NCBI GenBank assembly: GCA_013265495.1
Contig: MU061814.1
Location: 5,273,684 to 5,337,683, forward strand
DNA length: 64,000 nucleotides
Direction of reading: 5' to 3'
From: Vicugna vicugna
Lineage: Eukaryota
The position numbers were made by a program, and so were the translations under genes. The notes beneath the pieces were generated by a model. That model saw only the letters and a list, made by a program, of their open reading frames with translations, was not told where the DNA came from and searched no databases. Shown here piece after piece: positions 37,046 to 50,500 of this stretch. Position 1 is the first letter of the stretch. Each line of letters starts with the position of its first letter.

Positions 37046-38699
37046 TGGAGGCCCCAGAGGCCATGTGGGGAGGGGCGGGGCGGGGGACTGGGAGGCAGGG
37101 AGGGAAGGGCCGAGGGGGCTGGCGGTGCCTGAGCCGGTGGGGGGGGGTGCTGCCATCAGGGTGTGGGACATGGCACAATGCTGTGTCATTGGCTGGTGGC
37201 CTCAGCATGATCAGGTCAGCGAGGCGGGAGTCTACTGGCTGGAGCCTAAGGAGAAAGGAGAAATGAAACCTGGGTTCTCCCCTGGCTGCCAAGTTCCCAG
37301 TGGGGCCAGGAGCGAGCCTGGGAGCACCCCTAGTGTGAGGAAGGGCCCCACCTGCTCCATCCCCAGCCTCAGGCCTCCCAGGGGCGTTTGCTGGAGCTGG
37401 AGCTGGAGCTGGGACTACCTCTCAGGAAGCAGGCCCAGGAGGCCCAGGGGCCGCCACCGGAGGCTTAAAATATTACTCTCTACTCTTTGTAATCCTGCAT
37501 GCCTCCCACCTGCTACCCTTGGCAGACAGCCTTCAACTAGGAGACAAATAAATGCACAGGACCTGTGTCAGCGTCTAAGAAGTGGGCAGTGCTAAGCGTA
37601 TGAATATTAAAATCCTTTCAGTTCCTTGTTGAAACTACGTCTGGATTCTTGCAGGTGGTGGTGGTGAGCTATCCACATGGGGCCCCTGACGGCTCCCAGG
37701 GCAGCGGCAGTGGGGGGCTTGTGAGGATGTGAGGAGGGGGGAGGGGAAAGCCCTGGATTTCTTTGCACAGACACCCAAGGCTCAGCTGATGGGCCAGGCC
37801 CCTCGGGAGCTGGAAGAAACCCATGATCTCCTGCTAAGATAGCTTGACACACACAGAAGTGCACGCACACGCTTGCACACGTGCGCACACATGCGAGCCC
37901 TCTGGCCCGCCCTGCTGAGGCCCCAGGTGCAGAGCTGCTGGCCGGAGGCCCCAGGGTACACATTATCCCTGCTGCTAATCACCCTGCCTAAGCCCGCAGG
38001 CTCTGACTCTCCCAAGGGGGCGGGGAGGGCCTCTGGCAGTAGAGGTGACTCCCATGGACCCCTCCTCCTGCTGCCATCTGGCCAGGGACAGGCGGGAGGA
38101 TGGGAATTTTGTCTGTGCTTCTCAGGCCAGGAAAGCCGTCTTAGGCTTCATCAGAGCTGCTCCTGGGCTCCGAAGTCCCCCAACGAGGTCAGAGTGGAGC
38201 AGCAGGGAGGGCACTGCCCAAGGGCCATCACCCCCCTCCGCCCCCTGCAGGGAGCCCCTTCCTGCTGCCCTCCTCTTTGGGGTCACGGGGCTGGTGCGCC
38301 TCGAAGACCACGGGGATCGTGCCCAAGTCGGTGGTGAAAGTTGTGTCTGTAACGTGGGGGTGCCCTCGATGGGGATGTCATGGTCTGTCATGCACAGAAG
38401 GGGCTCAGCGGCGGTGCTGGCGTGTCCTGTCAGGTGCCCCTGCTCTGAAGCCCTGCTCCGAGCGGCATGTCTCTTGCCTCCGGCTCTCTGCCGCCTGCGC
38501 TGTTCCGATGTGCAGTCAGGACAGTCTGCTGCTGGCTCTTAAATGACAACCTCCGTGTAGGGGGCAGGGAGCTCCTTGCGGACGGGGTGGAGTCTGGGGG
38601 TCCCCAAGCCCGCCGCCCAGCACAGGCCTCGCCCAGCAGGTGCTGGCCTTGGACGACCTGCTGCATTGGGCAGGGTTCTCGGGAAAACCCAGCCACAGG

Positions 38700-39085
38700 A
38701 GATCCCTGGATGGACAGCTCTGTGAAGAGGCTGATCTAAGAACTCAGCACACGTGAGTCTGGAGGCTAGAAGTTGTGAGATTTCCTGCCTGCATCTGGAG
38801 ACCCAACAAGGATGAAGTTGTGGTTCGCGTCTGAAAGCCAGCAGCCTTGAGACCCAGGAAGAGCGATGCTTCGTTTCGAGTCTAGAGGCAGGAAACACTG
38901 ACGTTCAAAGGCAGTCCCGCAGGGAATTCGGGGATGGGTCTGCCTTTGGTGCTATTCAGCCCTTCAGCTGATTGGATGAGGCCCACCGGCACTGAGTCTA
39001 CCAATCCAAAGGCTAATCAAGTCCACACTCCTGGCAGTTTGCCCAATGTCCAGGCACCCTGGGGCCCACCAGATGGACAGGTAGA
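38700..39085 (-). mobile_element. MLT2 (ERVL) solo LTR remnant in intron 1
   Basis: ctggagacccaacaagg, gctgattggatgaggcccacc and gcaccctggggcccacc follow the MLT2 antisense layout. Confidence 0.72.
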
Positions 39086-42000
39086 CTCCACCATCACGCT
39101 GCTCTGGGTTCTGAGGCCGTGGACCCTGCAGAGGGAGGGAGGGAGGAGATGCCAGGAGATAGATGCCAACGGGGCTTTCGGGTGAGGATGCCTATGGACT
39201 GGACCTGGGATGCTGGCAGGAGCTGCCCGTCCCTCCTGCAGTGCGGTTCCCACCCCAGGGCTCCCCAGTCCCCCACCTCCCATCTCCTGTACACACCCTT
39301 CCTCCACCATCTGGCTGAGGTCACCCGGCTCCTCCACCATCAGCCAAGCCTGAGAATTCAGGTCCCCAGGAGAGAAGCCCGCACCTTGGATCAGGCCGCA
39401 TGAGCAGGTGGGAAGCAGATACACCTTCTTGCCAAAACCACTTCCAAGTGGGGGGAAACCGTGGGCCATGGGGGCAGGCTCACCGGGCCCCCAGAAGAGG
39501 AGCTGGAAGGGCAGGCCCGACTCCCTCCCCTGGCCCAGCTGCGGGGTCCTGTCCTCATCCTCATCGGAGGAGTCAGGTGGCTTCTGTGTACTGCTGCCGC
39601 TGGACTCTCCAGCCCCGTCACCTGTGTCTTGGCGGTGGGGGCCTGAGACAGATGAACACAGGGCTGCCAGCCCAGCCTTAACAGGGATCAGCTGTCATGA
39701 GCCAGGCCACCCACAGGGAAGTTAGCCATCAAGTCACCCTCTCCCAGCTGAGCCACATGGAGGCCAGCTCTGGCCACCTCAGAAGTGGGTCCAGAATAGG
39801 GTTACAGCCCCAGGCCCAGCAGCGTCGTCCGGAGGGAGCTGATGACCAGGAGACCCAAACAGAGCGGCTGGCTGCGCCCGCCCAGCCCACACCCAGTGTC
39901 TGAGTCGCCGGACTCAGCCGCTGCGGCCGAAATGCCCTCCGCGGGTGTCAGGGGCTCTTCTGCGGGCCTGTTTCTGCACAAACCTTTGCCTCGAGATGAA
40001 GTCCTTGAGCCACACACGCAGCAAGCTGTCCTTTAAGTCCGGGGCAGGCGTTGACATGACCATCTGTGCGTTCACTTCTGGAGCAGTCTCCTAACACAGT
40101 GCACGACCAGCACACGTTGCCCAGATGCGGCCACATAAGATCTTGATACAAACTCAAGAACTTCCTCCTGAAGACCCGTGAACATGGGACGGTCCTCGTG
40201 GTTGAGATGCCAAGTGTCCCACAGCCCCAGACCCAGGATTCGCCACTGCCCGTGGACGGAGGGGACGTTCCAGGCACCCCTGGCTCCACGTGGCAAGTGT
40301 TTCCGCTCACCCTTCCTCGCACCTCGGGGCCTGCGTCACCGGGAGGGCCCAGCCTTCCACTTTCCAGTCAAGACGCCGCTGATGAGGGCAAAATCCCTCC
40401 AGAGACAGAATTCCAGCCTTCCCCCGGGAACACAGTCCGTGGAGCAGAATCTGGGCGTATAGGAGGTTGGACAGGCGCCGCCCCCCACGCTGCGGTGATG
40501 GAGGGTTGGGGCTGGGTCCATACTCAGGCTGTTGTGTCCTGGCCGTCAGAACCGCTCCCAACGGACCCAGGGAGGCGGACGCAGGGCTGGCGGGCCCGAG
40601 TCGCACCGTTTACATCCTGTCCTATGGGGGCTGTGACCACCTGTCACCAGTCTGCAAGTCGACCGGCACGTGGGGTGTGTGACTGCAGGCTGCGCTCCCT
40701 GTGTTTCTGTCGGGGAGCAGAGCCCTCGGTTCTCGTGCACCTGCCCCTGATGTGGAGCTGTGGGACCGCCCACCGCCAGGCGTTCGTGTCTTGAGGGATT
40801 TATTTTCAAATAGGAAGGACTCTGTTTCTTCGCGGCCATCCGCGCCACGGGAGCTCAGCGGTCTGGCCGCCTTGTGGTCCCTGACGTGGACCTGGTCCTT
40901 CCCGTCCTGTCGTGACCCCGCATCTCTCCTGCTCGGGGCTCACCGGGGAGTTAAGCCCAGAGCTGGGGGCAGGCTGAGCAGGTGCTCAGGTGTGCAGCTC
41001 GCTGCCTGGGCTGGCTCCCACCGCCGATAACAATCCAGCCGGTGCTGACCCTCTGCCCCAACAGGCCACTGGATGGCCTCTCTGAGCCCCCACTGCCACG
41101 CGACCTGGTTTGGGGCGCCCTCCCTTTGAGGGGTGGACCTCAGCCCCGGAGCGGGATCCCTGCTGCTTTTGTATGTGCACATCAACCCGGGCGGCCCCCG
41201 GGCCAACTTAAGCCTTTTCCATGTTTCTCCATGCTTCTGTGTCAGGAGTCCGTCGGAGCTGCAGGCAGGTGGGAGGCAGAGCCATTCCTGACCCAAGGCC
41301 CACGCTTGGCGCCTTGCCCTCCGCTGCTCCCCGCGGCCTGCATTAAATGTGCGCACGGGCGCCATCTGGGCGGCAGCTGCCTCAGTCACTGGTCTGTGTG
41401 TGCGGGTGCAATGCTTCTTGTTCCTCGGGGAAGCCTTGGCACTTCCTCTCGGCTCCTCCCTGGGCACCTTCCTTCTGCCTCCCTCGCTCCCGGGCCTGGC
41501 GTGCCAGGGTGCACGGGGGCGGGGGCGCTGCAGTACAGCTCTGGGCGTGGTCACAGGCCCCGGGAGGGCCCGGGTGGAATTTTTGCTGTCCAGGCTTGGC
41601 CTCCAGATATGGTCTCTGATAGTCTGCCAGTACAGTTTCCAAAGTAAACAGTCGGCCCCGGGTGTAAATGCCACACAACTGGCCACGGTTCTTTGAATAA
41701 AATGTTGGCAAGGACAGCCATGACTTGCACACTTGACTCTGAAGCCAGACCGTGTGGTCTCGGCCTCCCTGGCCCTGGCTGGGAGACTGCTGCCCTGCTG
41801 GGCCCACTTCCCTGGCCTGTAAGACGGGCTGTGGCACCTGCAGCACCCACACGGCCTGGGCACACGTGATGTCGGTGTGATGTCGGCATGAGGATGGAGC
41901 TGACAGGGCCGGGAAGTGGGATGCTTTGAAGCCTGCTGTGGCATTCATGCCCACGGCCTGGCCCCGGGGGAGCCCAGGGAGGCGCCCAAGTGAGGCTGAA

Positions 42001-42134
42001 AGGAGCTAAGAGGGCGTGACCTTCAAGTGAACGCAGGAGACAGTGCCAGCCACCTCAGCGAGACGGCTGCGCCGAGAGGACTGGGGAGCAGGCAGAGGTC
42101 TGGCAGAAGGACCGGAGCCCCAGCCTCTGAGGCT

Positions 42135-42700
42135 CAACCCACAGAAAGCCACAAGCTGGGGGCTTAAAACCACAGAACATTATCCCCCCAATTCTGGAGG
42201 CCAGAGTCTGGAATCAGGGTGTCGGCAGGGCTGCCCTCCCCCTGGAGGCTCCGGGGTGGGTACTTCCTGCCTCCCCCAGCCCCTGGTGGCCCCAAGCACC
42301 CTTGGCTTGTGGCCACATCACCCCAGTCTCCTCCTCCATCATCACGTGGCTTCTCTTCTAAGGACACGGTCATGGGACTTGGGTCACATCCCAAGTCAGC
42401 ATGTCCTTATCTCAGATCACTGATCACATCTGCAAAGGCGCTTTTTCCAAAGGTGATGCTCAGGGTCATGTGCACATGTCTTTGTGAGGGGCCAACCGTT
42501 CTCCCCCTTGAGTCCCCAGCGCAGGGCCCAGCAGAGCGGGGCTCTGTTACTGGTTCCCTGAAGGACTCAGGCCCGCCCTCGTGACCTCATTTCACATTAG
42601 GCACCTCTTCAGAGACCCTGCCTCCGAGTGCCTCACATTCCGTGGAGCTGGGGCTTGGGCTTCCAACCCGGGGAGTGGGGGGCACGGCTCAGCCCTTAGC
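42135..42700 (-). mobile_element. MLT1/MaLR LTR remnants in intron 1 (probably two pieces, about 42135-42480 and 42560-42700)
   Basis: gggcttaaaaccacagaacattat...ttctggaggccagagtctggaatcagggtgtcggcagggc...cacatctgcaaag is the characteristic MLT1 antisense pattern. Confidence 0.78.
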
Positions 42701-43705
42701 GAGAGGTGACCTGAGGAGTGTGTGGAGGTCTGCAGAAGGCCCTCATAGAGGGCCTGGGGCTGCAGGTCCAGCCAGACCAGGTGTTTCCTATCACAGCGAC
42801 TGGTGTATTTCTGGTGGGAAAACCCGTGTTCTTCCTCTCAAGGTGCAGTGTTTGTTGCCACCTGGGTTCCCAGGCAGCCATGGAACCTGTTTACCTGGCA
42901 AAAGGCACGGCCCTTTCTAAAAGGTGAGGGGTGCTGAGGACACATCGGAGCCCCGGGAGCCTCGGGACATGGTGGCTTCTCAGCCCGCCCCAGCTGCTTT
43001 GGTCGACGGGACGGGAGTGGGAAGTGATGGCCCAGACAGGGCAGCAGAACAGGCTGGGCGGGGAGGCTGCGGGAAGTTGGAGTGTTGGCGCGACTTCTCG
43101 TTAACCTGTCCATGGGGCTGCAGACCGCGGCTCTTTTAGCATCTTCAAAGACCCGCCACGGGTGAGGCCCAGCGCCGACCAACACTTCCACCCGTGCCGA
43201 CCAACACTGCTGCAACCCCAGGGACCCATTCCCCACACCCTCCACACTCCGCACTAGGATGGGTTTCCTTTAAAGCTAAAGAGCCCAGAAGCCAGCAGGC
43301 GTGAGTTTCAGGGAGAATCGAGGCTGGGCCGGTGCCCAGGGCAGAGAGCTGCCCACTTGGGGAGGTCCCTCAGGTGCTGTCAGCTCATGGGCTGCGGGGA
43401 CAGTGCAGGTTGGGTGGTCCAGGGGCTCACACAGCGTCCAGCCAGGTCCTGCTCATCTCTCCGCGTGTGGCCTCGCTCAGGCAGGCTCTGCCCTCCGACC
43501 AGGCCAGGCTGCCCTGAGTATGCGGCTCTGGGTTCAGGGAGGGGGCTGATCAGGAGCCCGACCTTGGCAGGCTGGGCCCCAGGCAGGCAGAGCCGTCGGC
43601 AGCCAGCTGGAGCCCAGGTGGAAATGCTCACAGGACTTCCTCCCACAGATCGAGCCGGCTGCTGGGATCCCAGGCGTGGCCGTCGTGGTCTCACCCTCAG
43701 TGGAA

Positions 43706-44507
43706 ATGGGGGACAAGCCCTTCGTCTCGCTGCCGAAGCTGGTCTCTTCCGGCTCACCCTCGGCCGCCAATGGCAGATGTGACCACTTGCCTTCCAGCAG
43801 GCGGGCGTCCCTCGGCTCGCCCTTGGGCCACGGTGCCCTGTGCCCTGCCGCCCACAGCCCCCTGGACTCCAGCAGCCAGCCGCTGTGCCAGCCGCGGGCC
43901 GAGAAGTGCGCGCCCCGGGCGGCCCAGGAGGTGCACTACGTGGCGGCGGGGCAGCCCGGCGAGGCGTGTGGCTGGCGGGCCTTCGCCCCCGCGTGCCTGC
44001 AGGCCTTCAACACACCCCGGGGCTTCCTGCTGTTCCTGTGCGCGGCCTCCTTCCTGCAGGGAATGACGGTCAACGGCTTCATCAACACCGTCATCACCTC
44101 CATCGAGCGGCGCTACGACCTGCGCAGCTACCAGAGCGGCCTCGTCGCCAGCTCCTATGACGTGGCCGCCTGCCTCTGCCTCACCTTCGTCAGCTACTTC
44201 GGGGGCAACGGTCACAAGCCCCGCTGGCTGGGCTGGGGCGTGCTGGTCATGGGCGCCGGCTCGCTGGTGTTCGCGCTGCCCCACTTCACCACAGGCCCCT
44301 ACGAGGCGGAGGTGGACGAGGCCGTCGGGACGTGCGGGGCCAACCGCAGCGTGGCGTGCAGGGACCACACCTCCAGCCTGTCCCACTACCGGCTGGTCTT
44401 CATGCTGGGCCAGTTCCTGCACGGCATAGGCGCCACGCCCCTCTACACGCTGGGAGTCACCTACCTGGACGAGAACGTCAAGTCCAGCTACTCGCCCGTC
44501 TACCTCG
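43706..44507 (+). CDS. SLCO4A1: SLCO4A1 exon 2, coding part (N-terminus and first TM helices)
   Basis: ATG in strong Kozak context (gaaATGg); MGDKP...[22 protein letters not shown]...[19 protein letters not shown]; donor G|GTGAGT at 44507/44508, phase 1. Confidence 0.95.
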
Positions 44508-47500
44508 GTGAGTGGGTGGGTGTGATGGCGGTGACACTGGCAGGGCACCTACACAGAGTCTGGCTCCGTCCAAGCCCCCTTACATGCATTTCCCTGTGGG
44601 CCACATGTGGCCAGATGTGGCCCCGGCACTCCTGGGTGAGGTGGCAGGTGAGCACTGGTCTGCGTATCACCTGGACGCCTCAGATGGCGGGGGGGGTGCT
44701 GACCGTTGTGATCCCTGGGAGCGTCCTGCAGGGTCCGGGGTGCAGGGAGCAATTGGGCACAGGGTCGGCTGGTGACTGGGCTGCAGAGCTGGGCGCTGCC
44801 GCGCCACCCGCAGGGGCTGGGCTCAAGCCTCACGCCGCCCCAGACCCTCATGTTTATCCGGGGTGCGATTTCTGAGTTTCCAGCCTCGTGCTGGCCACTC
44901 CCCGAGCCCCTCCTGCGAGGGCAGCTCTCCCGAGGCAGGCACTCGGGGCCGGTCAGGAGCCTTGGCCGACGCTCCAGCCCAGCCGGACTTTGCCAGCGGC
45001 CCCTGCTTCCTCGTGTCCACCTGATCTCCGCTCACCTGAGTCACTCAGTGGTTGCCGTCCTGGGGACTTCGGGGCACTGGGGTCGCAGGGAGCCTGTGCT
45101 GCTGCCCGGTGCTGCCTCAACCTGCAAAGCGAGGCTCTCTGGAGCTTTGCTCTTTCGAGGAGGGAAGAGTCCAAATGATGCCTGCGGTGGCTTTGAGGGA
45201 AGTGTTTTAAAGACACCTTGAAGGGTTGGCAGCAGCCAGGTGTCAGACGCAGCGGAGGCTGCCCAGGGAGAACCCCGACGTGAACGGTCTGTGCCGGGAG
45301 CAGGCGTGGAGGCGCAGAGTACGGGGGCTTCTCTGAGGTGGGCCGGTGCGGCTGCTGCGTGTCAGACGCCTGTGAGCCCCCGGGCAGCGGCGCAGGGCGC
45401 AGCTGGTTCTCACCGACTCCGCTTCCCTTCCAGGCATCTTCTACACCGCGGCCATCCTTGGCCCGGCGGCTGGCTACCTGGTTGGAGGAGCCCTGCTGAA
45501 CATTTACACTGACATTGGCCAACGGTGAGCGCCCTGGGCTCTAGCGCAGACTTCTCGCCCCGTAGAGAACACGCCCCACTGTCCGTATGGAGGGACCGCG
45601 GCCCAAGCAGGGGGCGGTCCTGGTGGCCTTGCTCCGGTGAACCTGGGAGGCCCTGGGCGGCCTGGGGGAGGGGACGGCGTAGATGGACGTCCTCTCCCAG
45701 CCGGTGAGACCAGGCCACGGCCGCTCTAAAGCCCTTTGCAGAACCAGAAGAGGATTTTCCTGTCTCCCATGTGAGATTCTTCTGTCACGTTTTGCCACAC
45801 CACGCAGTTCCCCCATTCTCTCTGGACACCGGCTCAGCTCAACCTGACACTGAAATCCTGGAGTCCGCTCAGACCCCCGAAGTGAAGGGCAGTCCCACAA
45901 GACCACCCCCACTTCAGACGCCAGCCACAGTGGTGGGTCACAGCGACCCACACTTCCGTCCACCGTGGCTGCAAATCAGAGGTTCCCACAACCCCTCTTT
46001 GGGTTCGGAAATTTGCAAGAACGGCTCTCAGAACCCAGGAGAGCACAGGACTCCCTCGACCGCCAGCTTATGAGACAGAACAGAATTCAGGAGCAGCAGG
46101 CGGAGGGGGCGGATGGGAAGGGGCCGGAGCTCCCACGCCCTCTCCAGGCGCTCCGCCCCCCCACCTCCGCGTGCTCCCCTGGAGGCTCTCCGAACCCCGT
46201 CACCCTGTGTTTGTGGCAGTGTCACTTGGGCTTCAGTAACTGACTTACTGGCCATTAGCGGTCAGCAGCCTCCCTGGAAGCGGGGCTGGGAAGTCCAAGC
46301 TTCTCGCCAGGCACACGGCTGGCCTTTCTGGTGGCCAGGCCCCTCTGAGCCCCCTAGGGGCCTGCCAAGAGGGCCGCATCACAGTAAAGGACCCCCTATC
46401 ACCCAGGGGACTCCAAGGGAGTTAGTGTGCAGGTCAGGGTCGCAGGGGCCCTCTGTCCCCTGAGCTTCGTGAGGCCAGGGCTGCAGCTCTGCTTTGGGGT
46501 GCACTCCTCGCCTGCTCTTGCTGGGAAAGCCCGCCCCTTCAAGGCCCCAGCGCCCCGGGGCCTCACCTCACTGGGGGCAGCCTCTCGGGCCCCAGAGGAC
46601 GGGGTGGACCTGGGAGTGCGGCAGTCTGCCCTCTGGTCACCGGGGCGCATCCCCCTCCACGGCTGTGCCAGTGCCCTGCCCCGCCACTCCCAGACAGGGC
46701 AGGGCAGGCACCTTGAGCAGAGCCTCTGGGCTCTGCCTCTTCTTGACCAGCAAGCGGAGGGGTGCGCAGTGTGTGTGTCCTGGTGCTGTGAGTGAGTCGC
46801 TGACCCCCAAGTGCCTCTCCCGCAGGACAGAGCTCACCACCGAGAGCCCGCTGTGGGTTGGCGCCTGGTGGGTCGGCTTCCTGGGCGCCGGAGCTGCCGC
46901 CTTCCTCACCGCCGTCCCCATCCTCGGTTACCCGCGGCAGCTGCCAGGTGGGTGCCTCCCGCCCATGGTGTGTGGAAGGCAGGACTCTGTTCCGGGCTCC
47001 TCCCCCATCCGCCTCCACCAGCAGAGGGTCCGGGGTCTTCGTCTTCTGGGCGGGGGTCGTTGCCTTCCTGTAGGGTGACCTGACCCCCGGGCTACCTCTA
47101 CCCCTGCAACCTCTCCCTGCTCAGGGGCCCACAGAGAAAGCTGGTTTCGGGGGAGGGGGTGGGGGTCCCTTTCAGTTCCTCCCATTTCCCTCTGGTCCCA
47201 GGTTGAGCCCGTCAGGGTCGCTCCCACCTCCCCATCCTTGCCAGCCCCTCGCTGGCTGGTGCCACGCCCAGCAGGGGGCTTTGGCCCCTGCCCCTCACTG
47301 ACGTCCGTGTCCTCCCAGGCTCCCAGCGCTACGTGGTCATGAGAGCATCTGAAACACACCAGGTGAAGGAGAGTGGCCACAAGGCGACTAGCAACCCTGA
47401 CTTCGGGAAAACCATCAGAGACCTGCCTCTGTAAGGACCTGGTGGGGCCCTCTCATCTGCGCCCGTGTGATTTGAAGACTCTCTGGGGCTCCCACGTGTG

Positions 47501-50500
47501 CTGGGTCTGAACCCCGAGTTAGGAGAGTCCCTGTGACCCTCCAGGGCCTCGTGGGGTCACAGCCCCTAAACCTCCTCATGACCCAACAATCTTCGGGTCT
47601 TGGCACCAAAACTTGGGTGGGGAGAGTAAGGAGCATCAGACAGAGCCTCCCGGCTTGGAGCCGCTGAGAGCTGGTTCCGACGGAAGGGCCAGGGCCTCAG
47701 CCCTGTAGCACCTGCCCCGCACGGCGGGCTCGGGGGCTGCACCTGGAGCCACCTGGTCACAGAGCAAGCCCCTGCAGCTCGGGCTAGTGGCCCCACAGCC
47801 AGTGGGTCCTGGACCCCCAGGGAGGTGACTGACCCCAGATCGTTCCCCGGGAGTGGCCCCTGCACCACGTCCTCCGGCCGGTTCATTCCAAAGAGGGGCC
47901 CCCGGCCCCCCGCCCCGCCTCCTAGGGCAGCAACACCTTGTTTGTCTTGTGTGTGGCCTGGTCTTACTTTGCCGTCTTCACGCACCATCAGGACACACAG
48001 AGCCCTGGGCTCCCGGGGCCTCAGAGGCACAGTGTGGCACCTGGGGCTCCTGGCGGCCAGCGCCGCTCTTGGCAGGGGCCTCCCGAGTCCTCGGCCTCAC
48101 TGAGCGCCCACCGCCCTCCACTTCCTGAGCCCGTCTGTGGCCACGAGGGCAGTGGGCCGTTAGAGGAGGGAACGAGCCTGTGGGCTGTCTTCAACACGGG
48201 AAGGGCGGCCTGCGGTCAGGTTAGCCCCTGGGCTGCCTGCTGCCTGGCTAGACCACCCTGAAGAGCCACCCACTCAGGAGCCTTCCCTCAAGGCTGGCGG
48301 AGCTGGCCCAGGCCACGCTGGCTGGGGTGCGAGGCCATCGGTGCAGGGGCAGGCTCGCCCGGTCTCTGGACACCCGCAGGGGAGCTGCTCCAGCCGGGGC
48401 AGGGCCTCTTGTCCCATCTGAGCAGCACTGGCACCGAGGGCGTCAACAGCCTGGTCCCCAGTGGACCCAGGACAAAGGTCCAAGATAAGGATGTTTATGC
48501 CCAAACCAGTTGCTAGTGATAAAAAATCCCAGAATATGGGCCGTCTGTCAAGGTCATGATTAATTCTCTGAGCAAATTCAACACGTGAGTTTCAGCTGAG
48601 CAACCTGCAGGCTGGGGTTAAGAAAGTAGGAAGTTTGCGTACTTCCGGGGAGAGTCAACTCCCTCCGCACCTGGCCGGCGTCCCCGAAGCCTGGGCAGGG
48701 CTGGGCAGGGCTGGGCAGGCATCCACGCGACACACACAGCGCAGGACCGAGAGCCCGCCCGGCCGCAGCAGCCACGTGGCACGGCATTTCCTCTGTGTCC
48801 TCTTCGCTCCACGGATGTGGGACGCAGGCCATTGACCAGAGAGAAGCCTTTTCAGTCCTCAAGTTCAAAAGTCAGTTTTGAAGGAATCGAGTCCCCATTT
48901 GGTCAGGACAGGGAGCGAGGCTGCTCTGAGGTCACCCTGGGAAGCGGTGGGTGGGGGCGGGGCAGCTCTCCTAGCATCAGCGCCCCCCTCCCCGGGGCAC
49001 AAAGGCTAATTGTGGCTACACTGCATGTTCCTACTTGCAGAATCCAATTTACCGTTGGCCTGTGTCCTCGAAACAAAGAGCTTTTGCGTGTCAAGCTGTC
49101 TGAGCTGCTTTGACAAGTGCGGGGAGGTGTCCACGCCGGCCTGTGGACAGGGTGGGAAGGTCCCTCCTGGTGGAGGAGGACTAGGGGGTCGTGGGAGCTG
49201 GTTCCCCGGGTGGGAGGCTCATGAGGCCTTAGCTGCAGACACAGAGAATGAACAAAGGCAGCACTTGTCAGAGCCCCTGGGACAGCGGTCAGACCACAGT
49301 CCCTTGTTACTGGTGCCCTTTCTCACGGTGCCGGAGAGGGAGCCCATGCCGCCAGGACCCCGGAGGAAGCTGCACACCGCCCACATCACTCACGAGTCCT
49401 GGACCTGCCGTCCAGGGCTGAGGGGCCGGGCCCGGGAAAGGCAGGTGTCACGTCTAGCTGTGTGCACCGGCGGATGGCTGCCTGGGGACACCGAGCCTCT
49501 CTGTTCCCAGACCCCTGTGGCTGGGGTCTCTGCCCACTTCCTGTTCTAAGCCCGGCACCTTCACTGCCCAGTGAGGAGCTTTGTTTTGTTTTGTGCTACC
49601 CTTGACATTTTACGAGTCGCTCAGTGTCCGACCCGTTCACACTGAGAACTCAGGCATCGCCGCTGCTCAGGCCTCCAGCCCCGACAGGATGCAGGACCCC
49701 ATTCACCCAGAGCGCGTGGCCCTTGCAGCCTTTGTGCTCCTCCCACAGGTGGACTGTGCAGGACCTGCGCAGGGGGGCAGCGAGCTGGGGGGTTGCGGGC
49801 ACCTCCCGGTCTCAGCCACGCCCAGTGCTCCTGGGTCCTACAGACTCAGCTGTGACCTAAAGTGAGCACACCCCGCCCCCTGACCTGACGGAGAGCCCAT
49901 GAGGGGCCCAGTCCCCCGCAGGGCCGTGTCCTCAGAAGGGTGTCCAGGCTGGTTCACTGGGGAACTCACAGGCCAGGTCCTAGGGGCTAATGGCAAGACC
50001 CTTTCTCAGGCTCCTGACTTCACCCCACTGGCCGAGCCCCACAAGTGCACACCAAGAGAAGCTGGGAAGCCAGCCAGCCCCCCGGGGGCTCCTTGAAGGG
50101 GCCTCTTGGTCAGAATCTCCTGTCCCACTGGCCAGCTGCTGATTGAAAAGGAGCCCCACCCCTCCAGGCCCAGATCCCCTTTCCTGGGGGGCCACCAGTC
50201 CTCAGCTTGGTGACAGCCACCTCCCCCCAGCTCCCTCCTGGCTCAGGCCCCTCTGCTGGTCCTCACAGCTGCCCCCGGGGTGACTCAACAGTGTCATAGT
50301 CACCAGGGGTCTCACCCCTCGTGGGAGCCAGAGCTCTGTGACAGCGGCTTTCACAACAGCGTGGGCTCTAGATCCTGGCGCCAGCTCGCCGCCTACCACA
50401 GCCCAGGAGCAAGTGTGAGGGGCCCCGCCGCTTGCCTGCTCCCCACTCCCCTCCCCTCTCAGAACCAGGGCTCCTCGTGCTCAGGTGGGGCGGGCCATGG

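Noticed and set aside
43754-44548. 264-aa antisense ORF over exon 2
   Set aside because: Shadow of a GC3-saturated coding exon; there is no independent coding signal.
44508-44875. Read-through of the exon 2 frame for 122 more codons
   Set aside because: Homology to OATP stops exactly at the G|GTGAGT donor and resumes in exon 3 in the correct phase. The extension is intron.
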